From IMG/VR virus record IMGVR_UViG_3300036800_000031, positions 1 through 64,000 of that record: DNA of 64,000 bases; one strand, 5' to 3'. A model generated the notes under the pieces. That model saw nothing but the letters and a program-made list of their open reading frames with translations. It searched no databases and was not told the DNA's origin. The DNA comes from a virus. Positions 52,643-61,726 of this stretch are shown one piece after another; the first letter of the stretch is position 1; each line of letters opens with the position of its first letter. The translations under genes and the position numbers were made by a program.

Positions 52643-52870
52643 TCAGGAAGTCACGATCAGGCACCAGTGACCCGGCAGCCGAAGGCAGACGCCGGTTCGC
52701 CAGGTCAGGTCTTCCCGCTCGACGTTGCACCCGGCCTTCTGGATTCGGCAGGTGATGTCCGGCTTGCGGATCAGGTTCAGGTGTCGGTACATCCACTTGC
52801 GACCGTACTGATTCCACAACTGCCGACACCGCAGCGGCAGGGGAATCTGCGGGTGCTTGCGGAGAGACAT
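52643..52870 (-). CDS. small hypothetical protein
   Basis: TGATG-coupled to the protease gene. Confidence 0.35.
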   Translation of the reverse strand: MSLRKHPQIPLPLRCRQLWNQYGRKWMYRHLNLIRKPDITCRIQKAGCNVEREDLTWRTGVCLRLPGHWCLIVTS

Positions 52871-54588
52871 CAGGCGGCGGGGGACTGGCGACGGTTCAGC
52901 CGGGTGTCCAACTTCGCCAGCGCAGCGTCACGTTCAGCGGCCAGTTCTTCTTCCCGGTTGCCCGCTCCGGCGACTTTGAGCACATTCGGCGGAACCGGCT
53001 TCTTCATCTTGCCGTGGAGGCTCATCAGCTTCTTGGCTGCGGCCGTCTTGGCCTCGTCCGGAGCGTCCACCTGGTTGATCCGGCTGGAAGCGGCGGCGAT
53101 GGCGTGGGTGTTGTAGGTGCCGTCAGGCTCCTTCACCGGAAGGTGGTGGGCGTCCTTGTTGTCGCCTTCACCCTTGATCAGCGCAGCTTCCTTCCACTGC
53201 TCCGGGGTGTAGTCGGCCTGGCTGAAGTCGCTCCAGGGCTTGTCGCTGAAGGTGGTGTCGCCACGGTTGCCGTCTTCGCCTTCATCCGGGTCATCCGGGT
53301 CGTCCACGCCCATTGCGTCGAGCAGGGCATCCACGCTGACCGAAGCCGCCTGAACCAGCGCCAACGACTGCTGGACATCATCCGGCAGGGCCGCAATGTC
53401 CACGTCCCGGAGGTACTCCACCGCCGAGTCGAGGGCGGCGTCGGTAGCGGCGGCGAGGCTGGCGGCGACTGAGTTGTCGTTCCCGCCGGTATCCGTGCCG
53501 GTAGCGACGTGGGGAGCGATGGCGATGGCCGCTTCCCGCAGGATCAGGCCGAGAGCCGGGTGAGCCTGCTCGATCACCGACCGAACGTAGTCGGCGTCGA
53601 TGTCGTCGGGGTCGTCCGGAAGCTCGAACTCAAACGGCTCGCTGCGTTGGCCCTTGCTGTGGACGGCCTTCGCGGCGGCGCTCTTGGCGCTGGCCGGGCT
53701 GTCGCTCTCGGTGGTGCCGTTGCCTACCGGCTCACCTTCGTCGTCGGTGACTGACCAGGAGTGGCCGGTCACGGTGTCGCCGTCCTTCACGGGCTTCACC
53801 CTCATGGCTTCGCCGTTCGGGCCGGTAGCCGTGTGGGTGCCGCTGTCGAGGGCTGTCCACTCCACCGGGGCAGTGTCATCTTCGTCTGCACCTTCGGGAG
53901 CGGCGGCTCCATCGCCTGCGGAAGCGGTACGGACGCCCGGATCGGTGAGCACGATCTTCTCCAGCAACTCGGGGTGATGCTCCTCGACCAAAGCCCGGAA
54001 GCCGTCGAAGGTGACCAGGCCGCTATCGCGAAGCTGGAGAATCTCTGCCATTTCCATGATGATGAGTCCTTGCTCTCGTAGCCCGACCGCCTTAGCGCCA
54101 GGGATCGAACCGATTGTGACTGGGGAGAACTCTGCCATGAAGGCGGAGGTGATGCGTGACACGCCGCGAGTGCCGGTGGGCTGGAACTTGGCATTCTTGA
54201 AGCCGAAGCTGAAGTCGGTGATCGTCCCGTCTTGGATTTGGCTGAAGGCCCGCTTGGCATTCGGGACCGCATCCGGGTCGCTGAACTTGCCCCGGATCTC
54301 GTTCACCTTCGGGGTCACCTGGGCGGTGAGTGCCCGGCCGATGGGGTCGCGGAGGTCGTGCTGCCAGCACATGGTGGGGAGCCGCTGCTCAAAGCTCTCG
54401 GCGAAGGCCCGGTCCCCGAACATCGTCTTGTAGGAGTCCACGGTGTCGTGGGGGAACTCGACCAAGACCTGGTGGGTCTTGTCGTCTACGTCCTTGAAGT
54501 GACCCTGGAGCGAGTCGATTGAACGCAGTTCCAGACCGCCGATAACGGGGCCACCGAGGTCTCCAGGGTTTGCTTCGCGTGTGTCCAC
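52870..54588 (-). CDS. HK97-family prohead protease with a long C-terminal extension
   Basis: DSY...AF...WQHD...PIG, FSFGF and EFSPVTIGSIPGA motifs. Confidence 0.9.
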   Translation of the reverse strand: MDTREANPGDLGGPVIGGLELRSIDSLQGHFKDVDDKTHQVLVEFPHDTVDSYKTMFGDRAFAESFEQRLPTMCWQHDLRDPIGRALTAQVTPKVNEIRGKFSDPDAVPNAKRAFSQIQDGTITDFSFGFKNAKFQPTGTRGVSRITSAFMAEFSPVTIGSIPGAKAVGLREQGLIIMEMAEILQLRDSGLVTFDGFRALVEEHHPELLEKIVLTDPGVRTASAGDGAAAPEGADEDDTAPVEWTALDSGTHTATGPNGEAMRVKPVKDGDTVTGHSWSVTDDEGEPVGNGTTESDSPASAKSAAAKAVHSKGQRSEPFEFELPDDPDDIDADYVRSVIEQAHPALGLILREAAIAIAPHVATGTDTGGNDNSVAASLAAATDAALDSAVEYLRDVDIAALPDDVQQSLALVQAASVSVDALLDAMGVDDPDDPDEGEDGNRGDTTFSDKPWSDFSQADYTPEQWKEAALIKGEGDNKDAHHLPVKEPDGTYNTHAIAAASSRINQVDAPDEAKTAAAKKLMSLHGKMKKPVPPNVLKVAGAGNREEELAAERDAALAKLDTRLNRRQSPAA

Positions 54589-54636
54589 GGGTGACAGTTT
54601 GGCCCGAAACTCGTCGGAGGCGTGGGGATACTGCGG

Positions 54637-54855
54637 TTAGAGGACGATGGCTTTGACCGACGGGTACGCAAACGGAGGTCGGTGGGAGTAGAGAACCAAG
54701 CGGAACTTCTCCGTCCAGGTCTCGTTGAGAACTTCGGTCTCGGGGTGCTTCCGGGTCTCGGTGATGGCCGAGAACTCCTCCGGGGTCATCCGCATGGGGA
54801 TGTCTTCGGACTGGGCCTTCCAAGCCGCTTCTGCCAGTTCGTCCAGCGTCCTCAT
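54637..54855 (-). CDS. small hypothetical protein
   Basis: ATGA coupling. Confidence 0.45.
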   Translation of the reverse strand: MRTLDELAEAAWKAQSEDIPMRMTPEEFSAITETRKHPETEVLNETWTEKFRLVLYSHRPPFAYPSVKAIVL

Positions 54856-55058
54856 TGCTGGGGAGGGGAGGTGGAAGGCTTGACGTTCGGCCGGTCCGGA
54901 GCGTCTTCGTCCGGCTGGTGGAGGGCTTCTACGAGGTCAGGGTCTGGATGGAAGTCGTCGTCTGGCCCGAAGATCATCCACGGTGGCTTACCTTGCGCCG
55001 CCCGATCTGGCCTCTTGAACTTTGCCATTGCTTCCTCGTAGTCGGATTTATCGCTCAC
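54852..55058 (-). CDS. small acidic protein after the polyvalent gene
   Basis: GTGA coupling; Asp/Pro-rich. Confidence 0.55.
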   Translation of the reverse strand: MSDKSDYEEAMAKFKRPDRAAQGKPPWMIFGPDDDFHPDPDLVEALHQPDEDAPDRPNVKPSTSPPQQ

Positions 55059-58000
55059 TTGGCAAAAGCCTCCAACTGCTTCAAGTATACGTGGGTGATA
55101 GCGCCGACCTTCTTGACGCTCTCGACTTGGAACTTACCGGCAGAAATCGTTTCCACTTCGCTGTCGTAGTTGACGACTCTCCCGACGTCCAACGACACGG
55201 TTCCAGCCGGAGCGTGAATCCAAAAATCGCGGGGCGGGTTGCTACCGGACCAGGCATTCGGGTCAGTAGACCAAGACGTCAACGGGATGTCAACCTTGTT
55301 GCCGACCGTCGTGAGGGAAGCGATAACCGAAGCGGGCATTCCACTCTTGTACAGCTTCCGCTGGAAGGCTTGCTTGTTCGGTTCTCCCTTTTCAATGTAC
55401 ATCTGAGCGATCTGTTTCGCCGCCTTCGCTGCCTGCCCGTTGCCAGGGTCATGTCCTTGGGCCATCTTGTCGAGCGCAGTGTTCATGGCGGAATGGCTAT
55501 AGCGGTAGTTGGCCTTCCACATCCCCACCGACCCAAGCTCCGAGGAGGTGAAGGACAGCTGAGTGTCGCTCTGGTTGTTCTTGTACGGGTTCCCGCTCTG
55601 TACCGACGTATAGGCACCGTGACCGCTCTTGTCGGCGAGCACCCCTTGGTGGATGATCGACTTAGAGGAGGCATTCGGGTGTTGGTCGGGGTTCTTCTTC
55701 AAGTCAACCGCGGCCTTACCGGCTCCCTGAGCCAGACCGGCAAGGTGAGCCTGGTCGATGATCCCGGATTCGTCACTGGGCTGGCCGAGGGCCGTCGCTT
55801 GGTCGAGATACCCCTGGGCGGCTCCGTTGATCTGTTCCGGCGTCTTCCCTTGGAGATGTGCCGCTATTGCTTGGTCATAACCCTGAGCGATGGCTTGGTT
55901 GTAGCCGACTTCGGAGGCTGTGGTGGCGTGAGCGGGCTTCGTCCCGTGGGGGATCGTGTCGGGGACGGTCTTCGGGGTCTGTGTGTCCTTTACTTCAAAC
56001 GGAGTTTTAGACGTGTAGAAGGAGTTGACCTTCTCGATGAACTCCTTCTCCTGGGCCTTCTTCGCTTCACTCTTGTGGGTCTTCGCCCATTCCTGCTGAC
56101 TTGCCATCGCCCCGGCGAACTTGCCCTTGGCGATTGCAGCTTCTTCGGTCCCAGGCTGGGAATCCTTCTGAGCCTTGTCCAACTTTGCCATTTCGGTGTT
56201 ATCAGGCGGCGCTGTCGTAGATGCAGATGAGTAGGCAGCGTCGTAGGCGTCGTTGTGGTAGCCGGGGTGCTGGTGGAAGGGTTCCCCGTTGCTGGCCGTG
56301 TCCCCGGTGAAGTGGATCGGTTGAGCCTTTGCCTTCAATGAAGAAGGCATCCCGCTGGTGGAGGGGGAATATCCCGGCCCGGCCGCTGCCTTCGCCGCGC
56401 TGGCCTGAGCGGACCCGGTAGAGAACTGGGCGTGCCCCGGCTTGATCTTCGTCACCTTGGTGGTCGAAAGGCCAGGCTTGAAATCACTCTCTCCGGCGTT
56501 CGGGTTCCCGTTCTCCTTGACGTAGAAGTGAGTGCCCATCGAGTTTGTGGCGGTGATGGTGTGGCCGACGTTGCCGATCAGGATTTGGTCCCCGGCCTTC
56601 AAGTTCTTCGCCATCACCTGGCTCTTGGTCGGCCCCTTCGGCTTCGGAGTAGATCGTCCACCGACAACCTTGGAAACCAGTAGGTTCGGATTGGTGCTGA
56701 TGTGTTGGAACGGGCTTCCAATGGTCTTCCCGGTACTGTTCATCTTTTGGAGAGTGAAAGCCCCCGACGGGCTGACCGCCATCACCTTGTACTTAGTACC
56801 GCCCTTGGTCTTCCAGACGTCGCCGGGCTTCAAGTCCTTCTTCGCTACCTCGACGGTGCCCGGTGACAGTGAAACCTGTGGTGATGCCTGTGGCGATGGA
56901 GTGCTGACCGACGCCTTCACCCCGCCCTTCTGGTTGGGACCGCCCAGCGGGCCTCCTGCGGCCTTGTGCTCGGCTGCTGCGGCTTTGATGCCGTGGTTCA
57001 TGCCGGAAGACTGGGCGAAGCCGCTCATCTCCCCGGCCTTCTTCGACTTCTTCCCCTTGTTGTAGTGGCTGAACGCTGCCAACTGCATCTCGTGGACGGT
57101 GGAACCGTTCGCCGCCATCTGCTTGCCGAGGAGGTACCCCTGGTTGAAGCCTTCTTGGTAGTGGGGCTTGTTCTCGGCGGGGATTTCGGGAGGCAGAGAC
57201 TTCGGGAAGGGGACAGCCGGAGCTTCGACCGGCTTCCCACCCGGACCTTCGTTTTTGACGGTGAAGCCTGGCCCGTAGTTGGAAACGGGCGGAGGGTTGC
57301 TGAACGAGTCGCTGACGTGACCCGGCTGGACGGTGGACTTGTAAACCGTCGCGGCCAAGAGATGAGCTTGGATGTCTGCCTGGCGGGAAGCCAGAGTGTT
57401 GAGAACTTCTTCCCGGTGAGCCTTCGGGATTCCGGCGTCCTGCATCTTCTGATCGACGTTTTCCAAGTTGAGGTTCGCCGCTACCTGGAGACTGCCCTTC
57501 ACCTGGAGCGGGTCCGGGTTCGATCCGTAGAGGAACTTCCCCTGGTCACTGGCGAGCAATGACTTGTCCTCTACTACTTCCTTGCCCCAACTGACCTTCA
57601 CTGCGCCCATCGCCCGGAACTTGCCCGCTCCGCCGATGTCGATACGGACGACGTTGCCGTTCGCGTCCTTGAACACGTTGTCATTGGTCAGCCCGGCGAC
57701 GTCGTGATTGGCCGTGAGGACGTCGATCCCGAACCCCTGGACGCCCTTTACCTTCTCCGTCGGGAGTCCCTGGAGGGGAGTCAGTCCTTCGATTTTCTTG
57801 CTGACCACGGAGAGTGAACCGTCGCCATTCGTCAAAATCGTGGTGTGGGGAACCGTGATCCCGGCGGCTTCGTACACCTTGCCCATCGCCACTTCGTTGT
57901 AGGCGTGCTCGTTCGAGTTCGCGGGCTTCACGAGGTAGCTCGATCCGTCAGCCGCCTTGTACCACTGACCCCCGTTGCTCCCCAGCGGACCGCTGATCTT

Positions 58001-61000
58001 CTGCATAGTGGAGAGGTCGGCGGCGTTCTTCGGGGTGTGATCCATGCCGAGGGAAGCGGCGGTGCTCAGGGGCTTCGGAGCCGGACTGGCTGATGCCTTC
58101 GGAGTGACGACCGTGGTGTCGGCGGTCTCTCCGGCGGCGGTGACGTGTCCCTGGTAGCTGTAGCCGTGGGCCTTCCGGGTGTCCATCACCTTGATGTGGG
58201 CGGCGACAGCGGCGGCGGTGGATGAATATTCCTTGGAAGCGGTAGAGACATGAGCGCCGGGCTTCGTACTCCCGTAGGCCGTGTGGTGGGTGGCGGTGCC
58301 GTCGGGGTGCTGGATGACGGTGGACTCGTAGAACTTGTCGCTCGTGCCGGAGTGGTTCTCGACTCGGGTGGAGGTATAGACCTTGCCGGGTTGGATGGTG
58401 GTCGGGGCGGAGACACTCGGCTCGATGGGCTTCGGACTGACCAGCGGCTGGCTCTTGGCGGTAGCGGCGTATTCCTTCAGCCCGGCGCTGAGTCCTTCCA
58501 AGCGGGCCTTGTCTATCCCGGCGTGAGAGTTGATTGCGGCCTCATCATGCTGGCCCGCTTGGGTGAGGGCTTCTTCCTTGGTCATACCGAGCTTCGTCGC
58601 TGATTCGATGCCGACCTTGTGCCCGGCCGTGAAGGCGTCGTGCTTCGGGGAACCGGGGAGGTACTTGGTAGCGGGACTTTCGGTGTGGAGCTTCTGTTCG
58701 GCGACGTATTTGTCGAACTGATCCTTCAGTTGCTTGTCATAGTCCGCAGCCGATTGGCCCGGTGCCCGAGGGTGGGCGAGGTACGGGTGCTCCTCGTGCC
58801 ACTTCTTCCAATCCCGAGTCTCCAGTTCTTCGTCGTCCCGTCCGGCCAGAGCCGCCTTTGCCGCTTGGTGCTTCTTGTGAGCGATCATCAACTGGGTGGC
58901 TTCGTTGCCGATAGCCGGGACCATGACCGCGATCAGCCCGAGCAGGACCGGCAGAGCCAACCCTCCGGTAGCGGCGGTAAGGGCAATAGCGGCCGCGACT
59001 TCCCCGAGCTTGATGATGAAGCTGGTCTTCGCTTCCTTGTGCTTCTCGTCGGCGATCTTGGTTTCTAGCTCGGTCACCCGGCCGTGGAGATGGGCGGCTT
59101 CGGCATCACTGACGATTTGGGCGGCGTGAGCCTTGTCGATGCTGGTGCTGGCTTCACTGGCGATCTTGTGAACCTGCGCATCGGTGACCTTCGCGGCGTT
59201 CGCCGGGCTGATCTGCGGGGTGCGGGATTGCTTGGCGGCTTCGGTATAGGCGTGAGCCGCGGCCAGGTGGACGGTCTGCGCCTTGCTCTCTCCGATGGAC
59301 TTGGCGACTCCGGCGGCTCGACGGTGCTTGGCGGCTTCGCTGCGGAGGGCGGCTTCGTCTCCGGCCTTCGGACCGTGAGTGGCCTCTTGAAAGTGCTTCA
59401 CGGCGGCGTTGTTGTAGGTGGTGACGCGGGTACCGACGATGCCGTGCTTGGTGGAGAGCTTCTTGAACTCATCGCTGCTCAGCGGGCCGGTGACCTTGCC
59501 GTGCTCGTCCATCCATCCCTGGAAGCCGGACTTCAGCCGGGCGTCGTAGGCCGCTGCGCTTTCACCCTTCGCCCGAGGGTGGGGAACGTAGGGATGCTCC
59601 TCATGCCACTTTTTCCAGTCTCGGGTTTCCAAGTCGCCTATGGATCGGCTACCTCCGTGGAGGTGATCCTGCCAATCGGCGTGGCCCGCCTTGAATGCCT
59701 CGTTGATATCTTCATCCGGTTCGGAGCGGACACCGTAGCTCTGCTGACTGACGTAGGCGTGGGTGGTGCCAGCGCGGTTCTCCACCCGGTCGATGTGGAA
59801 CTTGCCGCCGGAGATAACCTCTCGTTCCTCGGCGTACTGATTGCCCGGCAGGGCGCTGATGTCCAGACCCTTAGCCCCACTGGCGGCGTGGAAAATGACC
59901 GACTCCGTGCGAGCGCCCTTCTGCTTGGTGCCGGTGGCCCCGTGAGCGAACCCGTTAGCCACCGACGCCTTTTTCGACCACGATGCGCTGTCCAAAGCGA
60001 AGGTCTTACCGGGTGTCAGGTGCTGGACCTCGGTGGGCGTCATAAACACGCCTCGGTGCAGTGTCCCCTGCCGAGCGGTCTTGTCTTGGAGCAGCCGGAG
60101 GATGTGCTGGGCCTTGGCCCGCTGGACGTCAAAGTGCTCGACGGGCAAATCTCGAACCTGGCTGCGGTGTAGCTCGTCCTCGAACGGAGTTCGGGCGGCA
60201 GCCTGGTGGTGCCGGAAGGAAGTCGTCCAAGCCGCTATCGCCTGACTGTTTCGATCTTCTTCGGTGGCACCCTCCCATTTGGCTCGGGCGTTCTTCGTCT
60301 GTCGATCATGGGACTCGTTGAACTGGATTCCTGCACTCCCCGATAGGGAGTCCTGGCTTTTCTGATCCAGACGCAGGATCTTGCGGCTTGTCGGCACGAG
60401 GTTTTGCTTGAACCCGGTCCCCGTTCCCGCCTCCGCCGTGGGGTCGGTGGTGTTGACGATCCAGCGCCCCGGCTGTTTGCCGCCGATGCTCTTGAAGGCG
60501 TTGGTCACCCGACGGTGCTGACCGCCGATGAGAATGTGATCGCCCGGCTTCAACCGCCCGACGGTGACCTTCACCCCGGTTGGCCTCGCCGCCAGATGCT
60601 CGGCGAACGCACTCTTGATCCGCTCGTCATACTGCTCGGCGGTTTCGTTCTTCGTCCTCGGGTGAACTTCATACGGGTGTTCTTCGTGCCATTTCTTCCA
60701 GTCTCGGGTTTCGAGGTCTTCGTGGTCATCGGTCTTCCCGCTGTTCTTCCAGAAGGCTTCGTCGGCTGCGGCCGTCTTGCTGCCCTTCTTCGTTAGCCAC
60801 TTCGGCAGTTGGGTTTGCTTCAGCCCCTTCAGCCCCTTCGGCTTGGAGGTGGACGGAGAGAGCTCCAACTTCGGCACCTTGGACTTCGGTGAGCTAGGAG
60901 CCTTCGGCAGGGAATCCCCCGGTCCCTTGTCGCCGGGGCTGAAACTCGTCTTGAAGTAGGGCTTCGGCTTCGGCGGCGGGGGAGGGAGGACGATCTTCGG

Positions 61001-61684
61001 GAAGGAAAGCTCGGGGTGGAGCTTCCCGTAGGCCTCATAGGCAGCTTGAAGGGTCTGGAGGTCGCGATAGCGCCCCTGGAGATTGGTGGACTGGCTGATC
61101 GAGTTGAGGGCCTCTTGCGGCGTGGCCCACTTCAGGGCGTTCGTCTCGCCGTTCGCCTCCATCGCCGTCCGGTCCACCTGACCGGCGGTGTCGGTCGCCA
61201 GATAGAAGTGGTTGGTCGAGGAGGTCGTCCCGCCCCTGAACGCTCCGGGAACGTGCCCGACGATTTGGGGAGCATGACCGGTCTCCTCCAGGGTCTCTCT
61301 AAGGGCAGTGTCAGCTGGGTGTTCACCGTTGTCCGGTCCCCCCTTGGGAAACGTCCAGGCGTACCCGTCGAAGTGGTTGGTTGGCTCCCGAAGTAGCACT
61401 CGTCCAGCAGAGTCAAATGTAATTGCGCCATAGCGGGGGTTGCCTCCCTTGGGCCATTCGCCTTCGGCGTGGAGGTCACGGCTCCCGTAACTCCCGGTGA
61501 GTGGGTTGTGGCTGACCGGCGGTTCCTTCGGATCCTTCGGGGCGGAGTGGCTCTCTTTCGGGGTGTGCCCTTCGAGCATGGCGGCGAACTCAGCGGCGTG
61601 GTGGCTGCCCTGACCTTCGTGTTCGGCGTCCCACTTCGCCCAGTCGCGCTGGCTGAGGTCAGACCGTGAAGGAGCAAGCGCCAT
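55055..61684 (-). CDS. 2209-aa polyvalent protein: NUDIX, ART-like, TM, WGR-like, kinase-like, second ART-like
   Basis: Nudix box GGPDNGEHPADTALRETLEETG; R-S-E motifs LHRG/SASWS/EEREV and LYK/TSWS/SEVET; SDKFYE...YG; GSNGG...YLVK...NEV...NHD...DN...RIDIGG. Confidence 0.8.
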   Translation of the reverse strand: MALAPSRSDLSQRDWAKWDAEHEGQGSHHAAEFAAMLEGHTPKESHSAPKDPKEPPVSHNPLTGSYGSRDLHAEGEWPKGGNPRYGAITFDSAGRVLLREPTNHFDGYAWTFPKGGPDNGEHPADTALRETLEETGHAPQIVGHVPGAFRGGTTSSTNHFYLATDTAGQVDRTAMEANGETNALKWATPQEALNSISQSTNLQGRYRDLQTLQAAYEAYGKLHPELSFPKIVLPPPPPKPKPYFKTSFSPGDKGPGDSLPKAPSSPKSKVPKLELSPSTSKPKGLKGLKQTQLPKWLTKKGSKTAAADEAFWKNSGKTDDHEDLETRDWKKWHEEHPYEVHPRTKNETAEQYDERIKSAFAEHLAARPTGVKVTVGRLKPGDHILIGGQHRRVTNAFKSIGGKQPGRWIVNTTDPTAEAGTGTGFKQNLVPTSRKILRLDQKSQDSLSGSAGIQFNESHDRQTKNARAKWEGATEEDRNSQAIAAWTTSFRHHQAAARTPFEDELHRSQVRDLPVEHFDVQRAKAQHILRLLQDKTARQGTLHRGVFMTPTEVQHLTPGKTFALDSASWSKKASVANGFAHGATGTKQKGARTESVIFHAASGAKGLDISALPGNQYAEEREVISGGKFHIDRVENRAGTTHAYVSQQSYGVRSEPDEDINEAFKAGHADWQDHLHGGSRSIGDLETRDWKKWHEEHPYVPHPRAKGESAAAYDARLKSGFQGWMDEHGKVTGPLSSDEFKKLSTKHGIVGTRVTTYNNAAVKHFQEATHGPKAGDEAALRSEAAKHRRAAGVAKSIGESKAQTVHLAAAHAYTEAAKQSRTPQISPANAAKVTDAQVHKIASEASTSIDKAHAAQIVSDAEAAHLHGRVTELETKIADEKHKEAKTSFIIKLGEVAAAIALTAATGGLALPVLLGLIAVMVPAIGNEATQLMIAHKKHQAAKAALAGRDDEELETRDWKKWHEEHPYLAHPRAPGQSAADYDKQLKDQFDKYVAEQKLHTESPATKYLPGSPKHDAFTAGHKVGIESATKLGMTKEEALTQAGQHDEAAINSHAGIDKARLEGLSAGLKEYAATAKSQPLVSPKPIEPSVSAPTTIQPGKVYTSTRVENHSGTSDKFYESTVIQHPDGTATHHTAYGSTKPGAHVSTASKEYSSTAAAVAAHIKVMDTRKAHGYSYQGHVTAAGETADTTVVTPKASASPAPKPLSTAASLGMDHTPKNAADLSTMQKISGPLGSNGGQWYKAADGSSYLVKPANSNEHAYNEVAMGKVYEAAGITVPHTTILTNGDGSLSVVSKKIEGLTPLQGLPTEKVKGVQGFGIDVLTANHDVAGLTNDNVFKDANGNVVRIDIGGAGKFRAMGAVKVSWGKEVVEDKSLLASDQGKFLYGSNPDPLQVKGSLQVAANLNLENVDQKMQDAGIPKAHREEVLNTLASRQADIQAHLLAATVYKSTVQPGHVSDSFSNPPPVSNYGPGFTVKNEGPGGKPVEAPAVPFPKSLPPEIPAENKPHYQEGFNQGYLLGKQMAANGSTVHEMQLAAFSHYNKGKKSKKAGEMSGFAQSSGMNHGIKAAAAEHKAAGGPLGGPNQKGGVKASVSTPSPQASPQVSLSPGTVEVAKKDLKPGDVWKTKGGTKYKVMAVSPSGAFTLQKMNSTGKTIGSPFQHISTNPNLLVSKVVGGRSTPKPKGPTKSQVMAKNLKAGDQILIGNVGHTITATNSMGTHFYVKENGNPNAGESDFKPGLSTTKVTKIKPGHAQFSTGSAQASAAKAAAGPGYSPSTSGMPSSLKAKAQPIHFTGDTASNGEPFHQHPGYHNDAYDAAYSSASTTAPPDNTEMAKLDKAQKDSQPGTEEAAIAKGKFAGAMASQQEWAKTHKSEAKKAQEKEFIEKVNSFYTSKTPFEVKDTQTPKTVPDTIPHGTKPAHATTASEVGYNQAIAQGYDQAIAAHLQGKTPEQINGAAQGYLDQATALGQPSDESGIIDQAHLAGLAQGAGKAAVDLKKNPDQHPNASSKSIIHQGVLADKSGHGAYTSVQSGNPYKNNQSDTQLSFTSSELGSVGMWKANYRYSHSAMNTALDKMAQGHDPGNGQAAKAAKQIAQMYIEKGEPNKQAFQRKLYKSGMPASVIASLTTVGNKVDIPLTSWSTDPNAWSGSNPPRDFWIHAPAGTVSLDVGRVVNYDSEVETISAGKFQVESVKKVGAITHVYLKQLEAFAK

Positions 61685-61726
61685 GAGGTGAGTATCGCCT
61701 ATCCAACGGGGGAGGGCTGAGTATGG

